This document shows positions 62,912 to 64,000 of a stretch of DNA of 64,000 bases, piece by piece. How positions within the stretch are numbered: the stretch's first letter is position 1; each line of letters begins with the position of its first letter. Both the position numbers and the translations under genes were made by a program. Below the pieces are notes generated by a model. That model did no database searches. It worked only from the letters and a program-made list of their open reading frames with translations, and was not told the origin of the DNA. Source of the stretch: Eledone cirrhosa (taxonomy: Eukaryota); the NCBI GenBank assembly GCA_964016885.1, contig OZ024751.1, forward strand, positions 39,308,001-39,372,000. Direction: 5' to 3'.

Positions 62912-63199
62912 ATTCAGATCCCGCAAAGAGGAAAAGATAATCCACCGACCACTGGTCAACAAGTGATTATTAAACTATGTATTTAGAGTTATATCGACGG
63001 CAGGTGACTGTGGGCGTATGTGTATGATTGTACCTGCGTGTGTATGTGTGTGTATGTGTATGATTGTACCTGCGTGTGTGCATGTGGGCGCATGTGTTGA
63101 TTGTACCTGCGTGTGTGTATGTGTCTGTATATGTGTGAGTGTGTGATTAACTTGTGTGTGTGTGTAATAGTGTGCTTATGCGTGTACTATCAGTAAAGC

Positions 63200-64000
63200 C
63201 CTGAGATCGATAATAACCGAGTTTTATATCCACTCCCCACAGATTGCTGGTCTTGTGTTTATATAAGAAATCATCATTATTATTGTTGCTGCTGGATTGG
63301 TAGTATAGGTAGAGGGTCAGACACCATGCTTTGCAGCATAGAGTTACGACCCTTTATAGTCTGATTTCAAATCCTGCCGAGGTTAACTTTGCCATTCATC
63401 CTTACGGGGTCGATAAAATAAAGTACCAGTCACGCACTGGGTTGACTTAATCGACTTTCCCCTCCCCCAAAATTGATGCCCTTGTACCTATATAAGAAAC
63501 CATTATTTTACAAAAGTACCAGTAATGCACTGGGTAATTGCTGGCCTTGTGCCTAAAGACAATTATTTTACCCTGCATAGAAGAATATTTAAGGCGATGA
63601 ATAACGCAGAGTTGGTGGCCTTCCGGTATTTGTTTTGGTTCTTTGCGGTCTGATCTTAAATCCATCCATTATTATTGGTGGATTGGCAGTATCGGTAGAG
63701 AGGCGGACGCCATGCTTTGTAGCATAGAGTTACGCCCTTTTATGATCTGAGTTCAAATCCCGCCGAGGTTAACTTTGCCTTTCATCCTTACGGGATCGAT
63801 AAAATAAAGTACCAGTAATGTACTGGATAATTGCTGGCCTTGTGCCAAAAGTAGAAACAATTATTATTGTTGTTGTTGATGGGCAGAGCGTCGAACAACA
63901 TGTTTCGTAGCATATATTTACGTTCAGAGTTCAAATCCCGCCGAGATTAGCTTTTAATGTTCATCCTAGGGGAGTCGATTTAATCCATTTTCAACTCCCC
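63200..64000 (+). mobile_element. Cluster of family A SINEs (63290-63505, 63677-63862 and fragments)
   Basis: Same motifs. The last copy is cut by the window end. Confidence 0.85.

Overview
AT-rich, microsatellite-saturated eukaryotic non-coding DNA. The repeat content resembles octopod cephalopod genomes, which is an inference. No host protein-coding gene is supportable: almost all listed ORFs are translations of simple repeats, and the only real coding remnants are 3' fragments of LINEs (RTE, R4/Dong-type, Tx1/L1-type). The main signal is a set of type I hammerhead ribozyme (HHR) motifs, read by eye. A 6.1-kb array of a near-invariant 310-bp unit (49091-55211) carries one HHR per unit (20 in total) and is arranged as two head-to-head arms between (TA)n tracts, consistent with a non-LTR retrozyme. 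About ten further HHRs of several unrelated sequence families lie in short islands between (TA)n tracts. Several of these islands share the same architecture, with an inverted copy of the 3' part and both 3' ends facing outward into (TA)n, suggesting non-autonomous Penelope-like elements. The window also holds tRNA-derived SINEs, a SINE-derived 101-bp satellite, a tandem MITE array and a fold-back element with two convergent tRNA-like cassettes. Ribozyme activity is predicted from motifs only.
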